Source: a virus. From it: a stretch of 64,000 nucleotides of DNA. A program made the position numbers and the translations under genes. The DNA lies in IMG/VR virus record IMGVR_UViG_3300021197_001203, positions 44,316-108,315 of that record, one strand, 5' to 3'. The notes under the pieces are model-generated. The model saw nothing but the letters and a program-made list of their open reading frames with translations, had not been told where the DNA came from and made no database searches. This document shows positions 39,201 to 49,963 of the stretch, in pieces; positions within the stretch are counted from its first letter, which is position 1, and each line of letters opens with the position of its first letter.

Positions 39201-42200
39201 AGCAGCGGAAATAGCCAGTGAAGCTACCGCAACGCCTCCACTCCCTTTAGCATCATCACTATCGGGAGACCATGTAGGTTGAGTGTATTCATTTGCGAAA
39301 GTAGTATTACTACCCGCACCACCATCAAGTGTGTACCCTGACTTTGACAATTGTGCTTTATTCACCCAAGAAGGTGCCACAGGGTAATGTTGCCCCACAA
39401 TTAAATCAGAGTGTAATGATGCTGCTTTCGTTCCTATAACTTGATACTCAACACTTTTATTTTCTAGTATCTCGTTTTGTGTATCTATGATCAAACCCAA
39501 TCTTGGTTCGGTTCTTGATTGCACTTGTCTATGTTCTGCAATTTCTGAAAGAGGAATAGGTTTTAGCTCAGTAGTTGCATTGTTTGATGAATTATATTTT
39601 GCACTACCCCAACCAGTCGTGGGATAATGTGTTTGTTTTTCACCACCGCTTGCTGCTAATATCCTCATAGCTGAATGGTCGATTGCTGAAGCATTTGTAT
39701 GCAAAGCATTTCCTTTTAGATGGAAAAATGCTGCGCTGCTATTGCCAAAATTAGTTGCCGCATTATTAGCTGTCGTAGTCACTGCGGCATTAGATTGAGA
39801 TTGATTGTAAGAGGCCGAGCCAGTATATTGATACAAGTCTATAAGCGGGTCTGAACCCTTGTTTTGGGGCTGTGCTTTCAACGGGGCTTCTAAGTAATCA
39901 GTGTCCCATAACCCAGCAGGGAATGAAGTGGGCAGCGTCATACCTCCTGACTCTAGTTTGAGAGTAGCACCTATCCCAATAGGAGTTTCAGATTTACTCA
40001 AAGGCAGATTCGATCTTCTCACATTATTTGAAAAGGGCGTAGCTTCAGATGTATGGCCACTCATTATCAACCCAATAGGTGTTGATCTTTCAACGCCATT
40101 GTAATCTTTATCGAAAAACCACGAAGCACCGTGGTCTGTTTGGTTTGGCAATACTTGAACTGAATCATGCACCCCCCCATCAAAACGTCCTTTACCATAT
40201 ATTGGCTGATTGTTTGACGTTGATTCATTCGGGTCTCCCGCCAACATATCTAAAGCATCTGAAGCTGTTCTAATTCCCCAAGCACGTATAGGCAATCTCC
40301 TACTCATATCATATGCGACCATTGAATCAATTACTGACACATATTTAGAATATGAGACTCCATCAGCATCGACATCGTAAGATATGGTACCCGCAGTTCT
40401 TTCAGGGTTCACTCCATCCCCTATACCTTCACCTCTTGAATGCCTTACGTTATCATATATGGTCTGTAATCTCAAAGTCCCCTGCGGTTCTCTAATTGTA
40501 GTATGCCCCATCAATACCGAGTTCGCACTTCTAAGACCTAATGTAGCCCCATGCCCCCCAGCGTTCAAACCATTGTAGCCATAATTCTGAAGCCATTGAG
40601 TGACATATAGTCTTTCTATCGGGTCTGCGTTTTCAGCTTGTGCTGCGGTGGGGTGATGTGAAAAGTTTCTCAGATACAAACCCCTGACTGGTGGATATTG
40701 TAATGCCCGTGGCATCCCAGCTTCTCTATACCTAAAAGTCATAAAATGTTCTCTTGAAGTGCCGAACACTGCTGGATGGCTATACTCAGCCAACCAATTA
40801 CACAAAAATGCGTCAGGCGTTGCACCCGTTCCGGTGTCTGCTGCCTTCAACAATCCTCTGTCTGCATTTGTGGCCGTTATACCACCACCAGCTGAAGTTC
40901 TAGCGGCTAAATTGAGGTATTCAGGGTCGTGACAAATTAATGGGGGAACCGTTGCTAACTCAGTACCTATTCGCCCTACTGCTACCCCTTCTTCTCTTCC
41001 TGAGACAAAATAATTAGAAGAGCCAGCGTAAATTATAGGAGGAATTGGTTTGCCTCCTGCAAGAAGATAATCTCCAAGAATAAATCCGTTTATAACGAAC
41101 TCATTGGCTACGTTATATTCAGCAGAAGGTAGGGTATTGTCAAAAGTTAGCTTGGTAGGCCCAGCTACCGTCAAAGCCGTATCTCGACTTGGAACCGCCC
41201 TCCTTACAACGTGCCCCACGCCCATTTTTTCAGTATGTTCTTGACCGGGTGCGATCAGATAGTCTATCTTGTCTCTAGGTACGATGCTGCTGTAAGTTGT
41301 TTTGACATCAGGAAGTCTATACCCCTTTATTTCGTCTAAAGGCATACCATCTGCTGAAAATGACCCTGTGGAGTAATCATAATTTGTTTGTCCTTTTGTG
41401 TCAAGAGTGTCTAATTCGTAAATCTGATTAGTTTGACCTGCTTTGCCCGAACCAAAACCATGATGTTTATGTTCGCTCTCAGCTTCAAACAAAAGAGAAT
41501 AAGAGGAACCGTGTGAACGGTGCAATTGCTTTCTAAGAGCCATTGGTGTACCCCTGTGCATTAAAGGAGACACAAAGCTATGCCCTTGCCTACCAAAACG
41601 TATTCTATGGTGGGGGTAGGGGTAGCCTGATTGAACACCGTTAGCAGCCTGTGTAAGCACTGAACCCCTCTCAGCGTGGTCTGTTATCCTATGAGCCGTA
41701 TAGAGGCGTGTAGTGCCGCTTGGAACGGCCCCAGCAGTAGTATGCGGCACTAGACCTTGTTTCGTGGCTAGATCGGGATGCAATAGCCTTTGACAATGAA
41801 ATACTAACGTGCGGTCATGTGTATCAAACTGTGAAGCCTTATTTGCTGCCTCCGCGATACCGGGTGTACGAGGGTCAGGTGCTGAAAGACCACCAAGCCC
41901 CCAAGTCATGTTAGAATAGGCTTGAACTCTATCGTGCCCACTTCTTACGAATATTTCTCCCGGTATGTCTTGGGGGTCGGGCAGCTGAATCTCCAAATTA
42001 GGGGTTAATTTACCATCAGTAGTCGAAGGGCCTGTTATTTCTTCACCAGTAATGGGGTCTTCTCGGACATTCTTTGTCTTCATGTCTTTGATTACTACCC
42101 CCCACGGTGAACCCCCGGATATAGTAAGCACATTTCCTTGATCATCTTTTGTCAACAAATCTTCAAAGACCATATGTTCGTTAGGTATCTGCAAACCTTT

Positions 42201-43553
42201 GACTTTGTTAGTTGAGTTTAGAGACTTAGCTGAGAATATGGGGCGGGGTACATACTTGTCGTTATCATATTTCACACCTTGAGCCACGAAATCTCCAACA
42301 TATGAGATAGAGCTAATTTCGTCAAGAGAATGTTTGACCATATTTGAAGTAGTTCCGGTTGTTGCTTTGTAGCCGTTTTTCAAATGTAGCACATCTCCGC
42401 TAGTCATTGGGACCTTCGTACCATATTCTAAAGACGCTAATTTCACATTGGATGAACCAGTAGTATCTTCTTGGGCTTTTGTAATTCCACGAAATGAAGG
42501 AGACGTGACTGTAAAGTCGGGAGGGGGTATTTCAGGTAGGTCGCAAGAATTGAGACCTTCTATGCTGAAACGAACATACCCATGTCCTGACGTATGTGCG
42601 ACAGCTGTCGAACCTCTTGAATCGTAATTCGTGGCTGGTAGCCCCATGTTCCCTCCATCCATCGGCTTTGCAGCTAATAGCCAAGTAGGTACGCTTTGAC
42701 CTAATCCTTGAATGATCGGGCCAGCGTTAGCACCAGCCCAGTAGCCACCAGCTGTATTCGGAGTAGTTTCTTCCCAACCTAGAACTATCGTATGTTTCTC
42801 AGGTTCTCCAGTTATGGTGAAAGTTGCGCCACTCAGCACATCGGGGTTGGTAAAGTCGGTTCCTACCTGCGTTATATCGCTTGACATATTTTCAGTAATG
42901 GTAAAAATCGCCCTAGAAGTCTGTCCTGTGGCGATATTTATTATTCTTTTAGGGCCATAGACCACTCCTGATACATTAGTATAATTTAATGTTATACCGC
43001 TTGAATGGTCGCCATCAGTGTATGTTAAGGTCCCAGTAGTAGGTAAATCTGACGGGAAACCTTTGCCAAATGCACCCGCAAAATCAACGGTTAGTAAGTT
43101 TGCACTGCTAGCCCACTTAGCGGTGCCGCTGTATGTCGGTTTGCCTGACATTCTAACATATCTAGCTTTTAGATAACGAGTTTCACTGTGGTCTCCTACC
43201 TGTTTTACCCTCCGGCTATTTATCTTAGCAGCAATATATCTAGTAGCTTCCTCAGTCCCTAAATTGTAAGTATATCCACTGTGCGCTGCGCCAATAGTTT
43301 TCAGATCAACGACTATGACGTTATCAGCTTCAGAAGGTGCAGCTGCCGTAGCAAGAGGCGTTCTAACAATAACAGTCAATCCTTGTTTCCAACCACTTGA
43401 ATTAGCACCATACGTCCAATCGGTGACATCATCATTGTATTCAGTATCAGGGTAGGTAATGTGCATCGCAAAGAATCCACTTTTAGGATAACCCGATGAA
43501 CTAGCCAATGGTTGGACCTTAGCAGGGTAAAGTTGTTTTTCATATCGTACCAT
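36279..43553 (-). CDS. Very large tail protein with C-terminal baseplate-hub-like region
   Basis: About 2424 aa; likely start ATG 43553 (TAATG overlap). C-terminal PNEVIVAG...EA.KLAKAIL...PGEII is typical of hub/Tal proteins. Contains repeated I...G.GY/F tail-sheath-like motifs. Confidence 0.7.
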   Translation of the reverse strand: MVRYEKQLYPAKVQPLASSSGYPKSGFFAMHITYPDTEYNDDVTDWTYGANSSGWKQGLTVIVRTPLATAAAPSEADNVIVVDLKTIGAAHSGYTYNLGTEEATRYIAAKINSRRVKQVGDHSETRYLKARYVRMSGKPTYSGTAKWASSANLLTVDFAGAFGKGFPSDLPTTGTLTYTDGDHSSGITLNYTNVSGVVYGPKRIINIATGQTSRAIFTITENMSSDITQVGTDFTNPDVLSGATFTITGEPEKHTIVLGWEETTPNTAGGYWAGANAGPIIQGLGQSVPTWLLAAKPMDGGNMGLPATNYDSRGSTAVAHTSGHGYVRFSIEGLNSCDLPEIPPPDFTVTSPSFRGITKAQEDTTGSSNVKLASLEYGTKVPMTSGDVLHLKNGYKATTGTTSNMVKHSLDEISSISYVGDFVAQGVKYDNDKYVPRPIFSAKSLNSTNKVKGLQIPNEHMVFEDLLTKDDQGNVLTISGGSPWGVVIKDMKTKNVREDPITGEEITGPSTTDGKLTPNLEIQLPDPQDIPGEIFVRSGHDRVQAYSNMTWGLGGLSAPDPRTPGIAEAANKASQFDTHDRTLVFHCQRLLHPDLATKQGLVPHTTAGAVPSGTTRLYTAHRITDHAERGSVLTQAANGVQSGYPYPHHRIRFGRQGHSFVSPLMHRGTPMALRKQLHRSHGSSYSLLFEAESEHKHHGFGSGKAGQTNQIYELDTLDTKGQTNYDYSTGSFSADGMPLDEIKGYRLPDVKTTYSSIVPRDKIDYLIAPGQEHTEKMGVGHVVRRAVPSRDTALTVAGPTKLTFDNTLPSAEYNVANEFVINGFILGDYLLAGGKPIPPIIYAGSSNYFVSGREEGVAVGRIGTELATVPPLICHDPEYLNLAARTSAGGGITATNADRGLLKAADTGTGATPDAFLCNWLAEYSHPAVFGTSREHFMTFRYREAGMPRALQYPPVRGLYLRNFSHHPTAAQAENADPIERLYVTQWLQNYGYNGLNAGGHGATLGLRSANSVLMGHTTIREPQGTLRLQTIYDNVRHSRGEGIGDGVNPERTAGTISYDVDADGVSYSKYVSVIDSMVAYDMSRRLPIRAWGIRTASDALDMLAGDPNESTSNNQPIYGKGRFDGGVHDSVQVLPNQTDHGASWFFDKDYNGVERSTPIGLIMSGHTSEATPFSNNVRRSNLPLSKSETPIGIGATLKLESGGMTLPTSFPAGLWDTDYLEAPLKAQPQNKGSDPLIDLYQYTGSASYNQSQSNAAVTTTANNAATNFGNSSAAFFHLKGNALHTNASAIDHSAMRILAASGGEKQTHYPTTGWGSAKYNSSNNATTELKPIPLSEIAEHRQVQSRTEPRLGLIIDTQNEILENKSVEYQVIGTKAASLHSDLIVGQHYPVAPSWVNKAQLSKSGYTLDGGAGSNTTFANEYTQPTWSPDSDDAKGSGGVAVASLAISAAGTGYSDGNLTATGGGGSGFAGTYLVGRTITGFTLNSLRMSNAETTTYRVRINSNAVGGITATQAIIALTVNGQLTVTGISITSAGANFLAAHTLSLTYEVQDLGGNYVETSPSNGSGVAVVGTTGPVISLTMTNGGLGFTSNPTIVLSNAGSSAVIAPTLATIDYVPLVYAKTHALDSWTVRGSADLPAWGGVYILRKSYLNREKDGVMSTEVHGTSGNAMSSHPRRKAVDYIVRPVRPLKLFGFASDLLQDGWLNGARCKTTNTEKLAHQPFTRDGRYGVFEANVSKGLGNNRFVSTAEGTLSIDWPDANEYDAAYHLIPSSSMLQFFKSDAARKTIDGGFNPEIEPRYSQTPHPGGGEKLHQTQVRYYVDGTGIGGDFAKQGLEDQATHTTLDSMMRTYPTFLVKSQYTISSNNYIVIDDASLLPNSGTLFVVSKGKLTYSAKSGNRLTLSANNTGITDLTGQTLHYTTESSPTSLSDRRALTLPYVTIPTLADNALVLGKIETDTWKRFDATLSVVKQTSLSYRGLLEYDPSDFIMVSQRIFNISNGKNISAITNQNKGIQKIRVDGRELSETFSPPYLFDSQGVRLRIADITTEENTTSLRFKNIKGDSLGDNGIDLESGVVLGQYGFVGVRTSDAALMLLDDAGSELAGYNVTPTSALTANDKEVSSSLNAHPSLRLINDHSNTFVARKTKGINIMEAIRNLSQLDGRQLVNERNGGLIYSRATFNNKGSTINVSNPVRAVGVSKMIDSPNEVIVAGDTLANNERVYVAIKDPERMRDEAGRGATTGLAKTLRQEIPGLKTKQEAMKLAKAILARTENKSPVIELKGVMSSTNIAPGEIINLNLPIHEVRGEYAVFEAEHDYTNLESNFVIGQYDKGIEGLLSDLQAFTSNTAPADDSASETIDLIELAISGSVKIKAVHRISIRSTNNRGFLIGAKHTNGMGKVGVRDGGKRALPMGESKSIYYVVK

Positions 43554-46500
43554 TACCACTCCCCCTTTGCTGCCCATATTGCGGCTGCTTCAGTAGCTGT
43601 AAGGGCGTGATTGAATACCGCAAGATTAGATAGATAACAATTCCATAGATAGTGGTCAACCGCATTTGTCATGGGGTTAGTTATTCCGTTAGTCCCATCT
43701 GTTGTACCCACTGACATTACAGCAGTCACAGCTGATGAAGTAGGGTTTGCGTATGTCCCCTGATATTGATTTGTCAAAGTATAATTTGCCCCATTATCTG
43801 TGGAGTTAGCAATATCTCTTAGAGCCGATAATCCGATCAAGGTCATGTTTGTTGCGGCAGTAGTGCCCAAAGCTGAAGGTATTGTCGCAGCCACTACTTG
43901 GGACGGACTCATCCCCGTATCTTTTGTGTTTCTTAAAAATGCTGAAATTGGCGCACTGCTATAATCTGTTATATTTGTTAGATTGCCTATGTTCTGTTGC
44001 CCTGTTAAAGTAGCCTCACCGCCTTGATAACCTGCCTTTCCAAACTTTAAGTAAGATTCGTTAGCCAAATAGAATGAAGCTGTGCTTCCACTTTTAGTCA
44101 CAATAATATTTGTCCAAGCGTCTCGGTCTATCCTTAGCCCCAATCTTGTCACATCATTAAAATGGATAATCTGAGTCCCGTCTGCTTCACACGCTATCAA
44201 TCCAAAATTGACATATTGGTCTGCCGAGGAATGACTGCTGTTTTGACCGCCAGCCATAACTAATCCCCAAAAACGTCCTCCTGAATCTCTCCCAGTAATG
44301 ATCGGACCCGATGCCGGGTTTCCTGAAGTGGAGGCATTATTGCACTTGAACCAAACGCTAATAGAAAAATCTCCACGGCAATCGAAATCTTTCATAGGCC
44401 CATATTCTGCTTCAACGCCACTATTATAATTGTAAAGAGCTAGAGCTTGGTCGTTTCCAAATAACATCCCTTTGTCTGTATTGTCAACAGAATAAGCAGG
44501 GCCGTTAGTTAGAGTAAAGTCCCCCCCAGTCCCGGTGACTCTTACTGGAGACCCATACAAATCTTCGGTCATAACAGAAGCACTTTGACTTAGAGTGCCT
44601 GAACCAATTGTTTGATTCATACGCATATACAACCTACACCCGTCCTTAACTTCACCATTGTCAACTATTAATTTATGATGAACACCTTGTAGTGTATTGT
44701 CATTGATCGTATCATTATTCGTTATGTCTGTAAAATCCAGTATTGCAGTGGCCGTACTAACTTCATGAAGATTCTGAAAACCACTAAAACCCGTTGGCCC
44801 CTTAGAATAATGATGTTTGTAATCGTCACTATAATCATTAGCAGTACCATCGCTTACATCAAGAACAACGCCAGTATGCCCACCCCCGAAGAACACTATC
44901 CCCTCGCTATCAATTCTCGGCCAAAGGATTTCAACGTCAATGTCTCCTATCCTATCTGAACCATCAAAAAATTGATTATAGAACGATTTCGGGTCATTAC
45001 GTGCAACAATGTTGTGAATGAAGAAACAGTTTTCCCCGGTATCAGGGCCGATATATTGACTGATATAATCAAAATCAGCAATACGTCCATTCACACTTAA
45101 TATCCCTTTATTTATAGACGAAGTAAGCTGGCTAGTTCTTTGGTTCCAATCCTCAGCTTTCAATGATACAGCCAATGAAGTGATTGTGGAAGCGTAAGAT
45201 GTAGGTTTAACCATTTCATCATTTACCGAATCCGCTGAACCGTCAGAGTTCTTAGTAGTAGGTGCTGCTATGGTTTTAACTACGAATCTCCCGCCTAGTC
45301 CATCGTAAGTTCTAATATTGCCATCAGCATCTGTTATCGAACCGTGAGGTGCGCCCCTGAATGTGGATATAGGAACATAGCTTTCCCCGTCTTCACCTAT
45401 TGGCATCGGTGCTGGGAATGAATTAGGAAGATACGCCCTACTATTAGTTGCTAGTAGCCCTGCATACCCTGTGACTGATGCTGGCTTATATGGATAAGGC
45501 GTTCTATTTGAAAGATGCACAGCAAAGTTTCTTCCTGTCGCACCGGGAACTGTGCTATGAATTACAATACTACGTCCACGTTCTCCCTCCCTGCTTTCAG
45601 TATTTGCACCCTCAAAGGCCCTAACATATCCCATATGTGTCCCTGTATCTGAACTTGTGCTACCAGTGAATAATGCTGGCGGATTAAATGCACTGTCTCC
45701 TGTGCTATTCTTTGCTTGTGGATGGGCAGCCATATTTATAATCCGAATAACCTCATTGACACATTGTTCAAAATCGTCCATTTTCAATGCTATATCTGAA
45801 AAATCTATTTCTAACGGGCGAGTATATTCTAAAGAAGTGCCATCTGTTTTTTTACCCTTCAAAGCTAAATGAGAGGTTTTACATATAATAGGGGGGACTA
45901 ACGGCCTATCATTATTTGATTCGTAAAGTTCTAACACGTCAAAATCAAACGCCTCCATATTAGGCCCGTCTTTGATCAAGTATCGTTTTGGGTTATTCGG
46001 GTCAACTTGAATAGCATTTGCTGTTTTACCAAATAGATGTCTAACAGCGGTTGCTATTTCAGTGGCTAACAAGGGGGCTACTAGATCGAATAGATAATTT
46101 ACATCAGAAGGAGTACCATAAGCAGTATTGTATTGAGAAATTACATCCGTGAGATTAGCTATACATTCGCTATCAACAGCAGTTCCTCCGTTTATCGGCA
46201 CATATCCTCCAAGAGTCACTACCGCCCCATCAAACTCAAGAGTGTTATAATTTTGAGCTGCTAAAGTTAATGGGTGCCATACATGACTTGTATCTATAAC
46301 TAATACATTTGTTGAGGAACCATGAATAGATGCTTTGGCTAATACCCCTAAACCATCATTTAACACACCCTCTCCAATAGTAATATAGAAGTTTGAGTCA
46401 TTACAATATGATGCTTCGCCTCTTTCACCTGTGGCTTTTAGGAATGCACTGTAATCATCAACGGTTAAGTTTGGTGAAGACCAACCCGTTTGGACAGCTT

Positions 46501-49500
46501 GGACAGAAGGACGCTGACATCGTATTAGATGTACCATTCCTGCCGTAAGAAAATCCCAGTATTGTTCCGTTATTTCAACTGATGCTACCTCGCTATGTAA
46601 GCCCCAATCAATCGCATATCTTGATTCATGCTCTTTCATTTGTGGCCTATTCATGGCTGTCATAGTAGTATCAACAGTCATCTTAAATCTTTTATTACTC
46701 GATATAGGGGTCCTAGAATCATTACCTTCTTTTTCTATTTTATCGACATCATAAAACATTGAGGGGAATAAAGGGATTTCCGTCAACGCTCTTGTTGATG
46801 CGTAATATGTTGAAGCTTGTTTATCATTACGCACAGAGTTATTACCGCTGCCTACTATTCTATCCTTCCATCCGGGGAATAACGGGTGTTCGTCATATAC
46901 TGGTTGAATGTCTATACCCCCTTGCCCAAGCCCTCCTAATGTCAAACTTACAGAAGGAGTCCCAAGATCGCCAATTTCTTTAACAGGTGTGCCTTGACTC
47001 AAATCAAAGTCTCTTTCTGCCCTACTATCGGAAATATCCATCAATATTGACCTGCCTCTTAGAGCTAAAAAGGAACCCACTTCAGACAGCGTAGGGCTAA
47101 CTTCTTCAATGCGCCCTTTCATAAGAGTCAACTCTAATGTAGCAATAGAAGCATTTTTTGTTCCATCTGATGAAACCATTATGTCGTCTAATGACCCAAA
47201 GCGGCTTCTTTTTGTTGGATGTACCAGCACATAACTTTCATCCGCTTTTATATCATTATCAACTACATCAAACCCTAAAAGATTTGACTTTCTAAATGAT
47301 GAAGGAGTTTGTTTATTTGAGGTATGGGTCTTTAGATTTCGTTTCCCTATGTTTTCGATTACCATTGTATGATATTCAGAATTACTAGAAGCATCCGGGG
47401 TATTAGTGCTGGGCACCGCCTTTGGCCTACCATACCCTCTTATGCTGGTGCCTAAAGACAAAACACAATCCTCTATATTGATGAATGGAGAGGGTGTGAT
47501 GTCCCCCGTGGGATTAGACGACAATATATTTCCTTGAATTGGTCTATTAAACGAAGCACTACTAACGCTCACAAGACCGCCGGGTGCGGTAATCTTCAAC
47601 AGAACCTCCTTCGTATTGGAGGGCGTGTTAGTATAGGGGACTCTGAGGTAATCCGCAATAGTCCTATTGTTGAATACCGCTGAACCATTTGGAACTGTTT
47701 TTTTCACCACCAAATAACCCTTATTCCCAATAGCATGAAATGGATTAAACTTAACATTAATTCCTGACCTTAAATTGAATCCGGTCCCAGCTACAACCTC
47801 TCCTGTGAGGTCAATAGCATCATAATAAACAAGTATCTTCTTTGGCCCTCCAGCTGAAACCAATACGCTAGGTGATTCGATCACAGCAATACGTGGTTCT
47901 TTCTCAGGAGTTAAATGACGGATATAAGAATCGTTTGTAGGCACACCGCCCACAATAGATGCGGTATGGTTATCGTCAAGACCCTTTAACAAAAATGGTT
48001 TAATGTTTTCAACCGCAATAGCCACTATCTCATCACGGGTCGAGGATGACATATTATTTGCCGAATCAAAATAACCTACCCCATCTTCAGTGACTATTCT
48101 GTTAAAGGGTGCGTTATCTGCTTTCAACGCCATAACAGTATTAGATGTGTTGACCACTCTTTCTATCTCGCCCGTAAATACGGTTTCAGTGACTTTAACA
48201 ATATCATTCTGACCGATTATAGAATCAACATGAATATCCTCGCTAATGTATTCAAACGTGTTCGCAATACCCTGAACTGTCTGTTTTACCGTTTGTTGTT
48301 TAGGTATCGGCAATTTCTTCAGATAGAAATCACCTTCATACAAACTGTATGATGTCACGCCCCCCATAGCCGGATAGCTATCCGAGGGTTCTGATAATAC
48401 AGTCCCATCCCCTAAACCAGTCATCCTACTCTTGGGCGACACAAAGTACGCATCGTGGTTATACGATGTTAAATCTGAAAACCTTTGACCTTGAGTAAAT
48501 AAATATTTAGTAAACGTGTCGCTAGCTCTTGTGCGTTGTTGTGAAATTGTGCTGACACTTTCATTACCTGTATCAATCAACAAGTCGGTCTTACCAATCA
48601 TAAACCAAATAGGTATATCTGCTGATCTTGGGAATAAAGGATTTTGAGTAATAGGTAGGTTATCTCTCCCCCCACTGTATGTAGTCGAAGAAGCACTATT
48701 CGCTAAAATAGTCGAAGTCGCAATCAATTTATTATTAGCAAAGTCAATACCAGTAATCCTCACTCTTTCAATATTATTTGCAGCAATCATCGGGTTATGG
48801 TCAACTGCTGCCGAGGTGGATGTAGCTACGTCATCAGCCCATCTTATCCTTCTGCTTGCAGGACTGGTGATAACTCCAGTTAAGGGATGTGTCCCTGAAT
48901 GATTGAATATTGCATTGAGGGTTGTTGATGATACACCATCAAAATACTCTCCGTCAGTCAAATCTAAAGTTCCGACAGACCATGTTTGATTTGCTATGTC
49001 TTTCAATTCAACGCCAGTCATAAGAGAAGCTAGTTTTTCCAATGCGGTATAACGGTCAACACTTGAATTAGGATTTGAGGGGTAATCTCTCAGCTTGAAA
49101 CTATTGCCGCTAAATGTATGCGCCATAGCCACCATTGGTATAGGCATCAAGCCGTCATGAGTATCAGGGCCATCCCTGCCCTGTGTCAAAACCGCAGCTC
49201 TAGCATTATCAAAGAAATATATATCGGGGGATTCGTAGTCATCTTCAAACAACCAAAGGCCCAGTGTTGAATCTTGTTTTGTTAAAGGTGCAACATTCGG
49301 TTCAATAATCCCCCTACTCACTCTAATAGATTCGATCAGGCCCCTGTATTCGCCTCCCTGCCCACCTATGAATAAGTCTGACGAGTTTTGAACCACATAG
49401 GGGGTATCGCCGCCGAAGTTAATTTCACCTACTAAATCCCCATTGATATAACACCGCATATACTCCTGACCAAACTGAGCTGTGATCATCACAAGAGGCT

Positions 49501-49951
49501 GCTCACCTAAAGTCAACTCTTGAGGTTTGTGTCCTCCATCTGCAAATGTCCCTGAATTACTCTCAATTGATACAGGGATATTATAAGATGTTTCTATACG
49601 ATACGTTTGTTTGTCAGATATAACATCGAATACAAGAGGGCCATTTGTAAATGGTTTACCATAACTTAGTTTGAATTGTCCCGGTTTATCTAGTATCACA
49701 CCTCCATAATCAGGTATGATAAATGCGTCAACTGTGAACTCGGTTCTAAATGAGTTTAATGGGTTAGACATTTGTTCTTCGTGCATTCTGCCTATTTTGG
49801 TAGCATTACTTTTAGGGTTCTTGGCTGTTGATTCAAAAAGCGGGTGCCGTATATCTTTACCGGATTCTTTGAACTTACCAGTAGGGACAATTAGGCCATC
49901 AGTCAAACCGTTCAGTCTTAGTGCCCTGCCGTGATAACGAATAATCCCCAC
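43553..49951 (-). CDS. Very large tail protein with LamG/concanavalin-like domains at both ends
   Basis: N-terminal FTVDAFI...YINGDL...LFIGG..EYRG.IE..R; C-terminal FSISVWFK...W.NI.VT...LAVFNHALT..E. Confidence 0.75.
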   Translation of the reverse strand: MGIIRYHGRALRLNGLTDGLIVPTGKFKESGKDIRHPLFESTAKNPKSNATKIGRMHEEQMSNPLNSFRTEFTVDAFIIPDYGGVILDKPGQFKLSYGKPFTNGPLVFDVISDKQTYRIETSYNIPVSIESNSGTFADGGHKPQELTLGEQPLVMITAQFGQEYMRCYINGDLVGEINFGGDTPYVVQNSSDLFIGGQGGEYRGLIESIRVSRGIIEPNVAPLTKQDSTLGLWLFEDDYESPDIYFFDNARAAVLTQGRDGPDTHDGLMPIPMVAMAHTFSGNSFKLRDYPSNPNSSVDRYTALEKLASLMTGVELKDIANQTWSVGTLDLTDGEYFDGVSSTTLNAIFNHSGTHPLTGVITSPASRRIRWADDVATSTSAAVDHNPMIAANNIERVRITGIDFANNKLIATSTILANSASSTTYSGGRDNLPITQNPLFPRSADIPIWFMIGKTDLLIDTGNESVSTISQQRTRASDTFTKYLFTQGQRFSDLTSYNHDAYFVSPKSRMTGLGDGTVLSEPSDSYPAMGGVTSYSLYEGDFYLKKLPIPKQQTVKQTVQGIANTFEYISEDIHVDSIIGQNDIVKVTETVFTGEIERVVNTSNTVMALKADNAPFNRIVTEDGVGYFDSANNMSSSTRDEIVAIAVENIKPFLLKGLDDNHTASIVGGVPTNDSYIRHLTPEKEPRIAVIESPSVLVSAGGPKKILVYYDAIDLTGEVVAGTGFNLRSGINVKFNPFHAIGNKGYLVVKKTVPNGSAVFNNRTIADYLRVPYTNTPSNTKEVLLKITAPGGLVSVSSASFNRPIQGNILSSNPTGDITPSPFINIEDCVLSLGTSIRGYGRPKAVPSTNTPDASSNSEYHTMVIENIGKRNLKTHTSNKQTPSSFRKSNLLGFDVVDNDIKADESYVLVHPTKRSRFGSLDDIMVSSDGTKNASIATLELTLMKGRIEEVSPTLSEVGSFLALRGRSILMDISDSRAERDFDLSQGTPVKEIGDLGTPSVSLTLGGLGQGGIDIQPVYDEHPLFPGWKDRIVGSGNNSVRNDKQASTYYASTRALTEIPLFPSMFYDVDKIEKEGNDSRTPISSNKRFKMTVDTTMTAMNRPQMKEHESRYAIDWGLHSEVASVEITEQYWDFLTAGMVHLIRCQRPSVQAVQTGWSSPNLTVDDYSAFLKATGERGEASYCNDSNFYITIGEGVLNDGLGVLAKASIHGSSTNVLVIDTSHVWHPLTLAAQNYNTLEFDGAVVTLGGYVPINGGTAVDSECIANLTDVISQYNTAYGTPSDVNYLFDLVAPLLATEIATAVRHLFGKTANAIQVDPNNPKRYLIKDGPNMEAFDFDVLELYESNNDRPLVPPIICKTSHLALKGKKTDGTSLEYTRPLEIDFSDIALKMDDFEQCVNEVIRIINMAAHPQAKNSTGDSAFNPPALFTGSTSSDTGTHMGYVRAFEGANTESREGERGRSIVIHSTVPGATGRNFAVHLSNRTPYPYKPASVTGYAGLLATNSRAYLPNSFPAPMPIGEDGESYVPISTFRGAPHGSITDADGNIRTYDGLGGRFVVKTIAAPTTKNSDGSADSVNDEMVKPTSYASTITSLAVSLKAEDWNQRTSQLTSSINKGILSVNGRIADFDYISQYIGPDTGENCFFIHNIVARNDPKSFYNQFFDGSDRIGDIDVEILWPRIDSEGIVFFGGGHTGVVLDVSDGTANDYSDDYKHHYSKGPTGFSGFQNLHEVSTATAILDFTDITNNDTINDNTLQGVHHKLIVDNGEVKDGCRLYMRMNQTIGSGTLSQSASVMTEDLYGSPVRVTGTGGDFTLTNGPAYSVDNTDKGMLFGNDQALALYNYNSGVEAEYGPMKDFDCRGDFSISVWFKCNNASTSGNPASGPIITGRDSGGRFWGLVMAGGQNSSHSSADQYVNFGLIACEADGTQIIHFNDVTRLGLRIDRDAWTNIIVTKSGSTASFYLANESYLKFGKAGYQGGEATLTGQQNIGNLTNITDYSSAPISAFLRNTKDTGMSPSQVVAATIPSALGTTAATNMTLIGLSALRDIANSTDNGANYTLTNQYQGTYANPTSSAVTAVMSVGTTDGTNGITNPMTNAVDHYLWNCYLSNLAVFNHALTATEAAAIWAAKGEW

Positions 49952-49963
49952 AATATAGCCCCC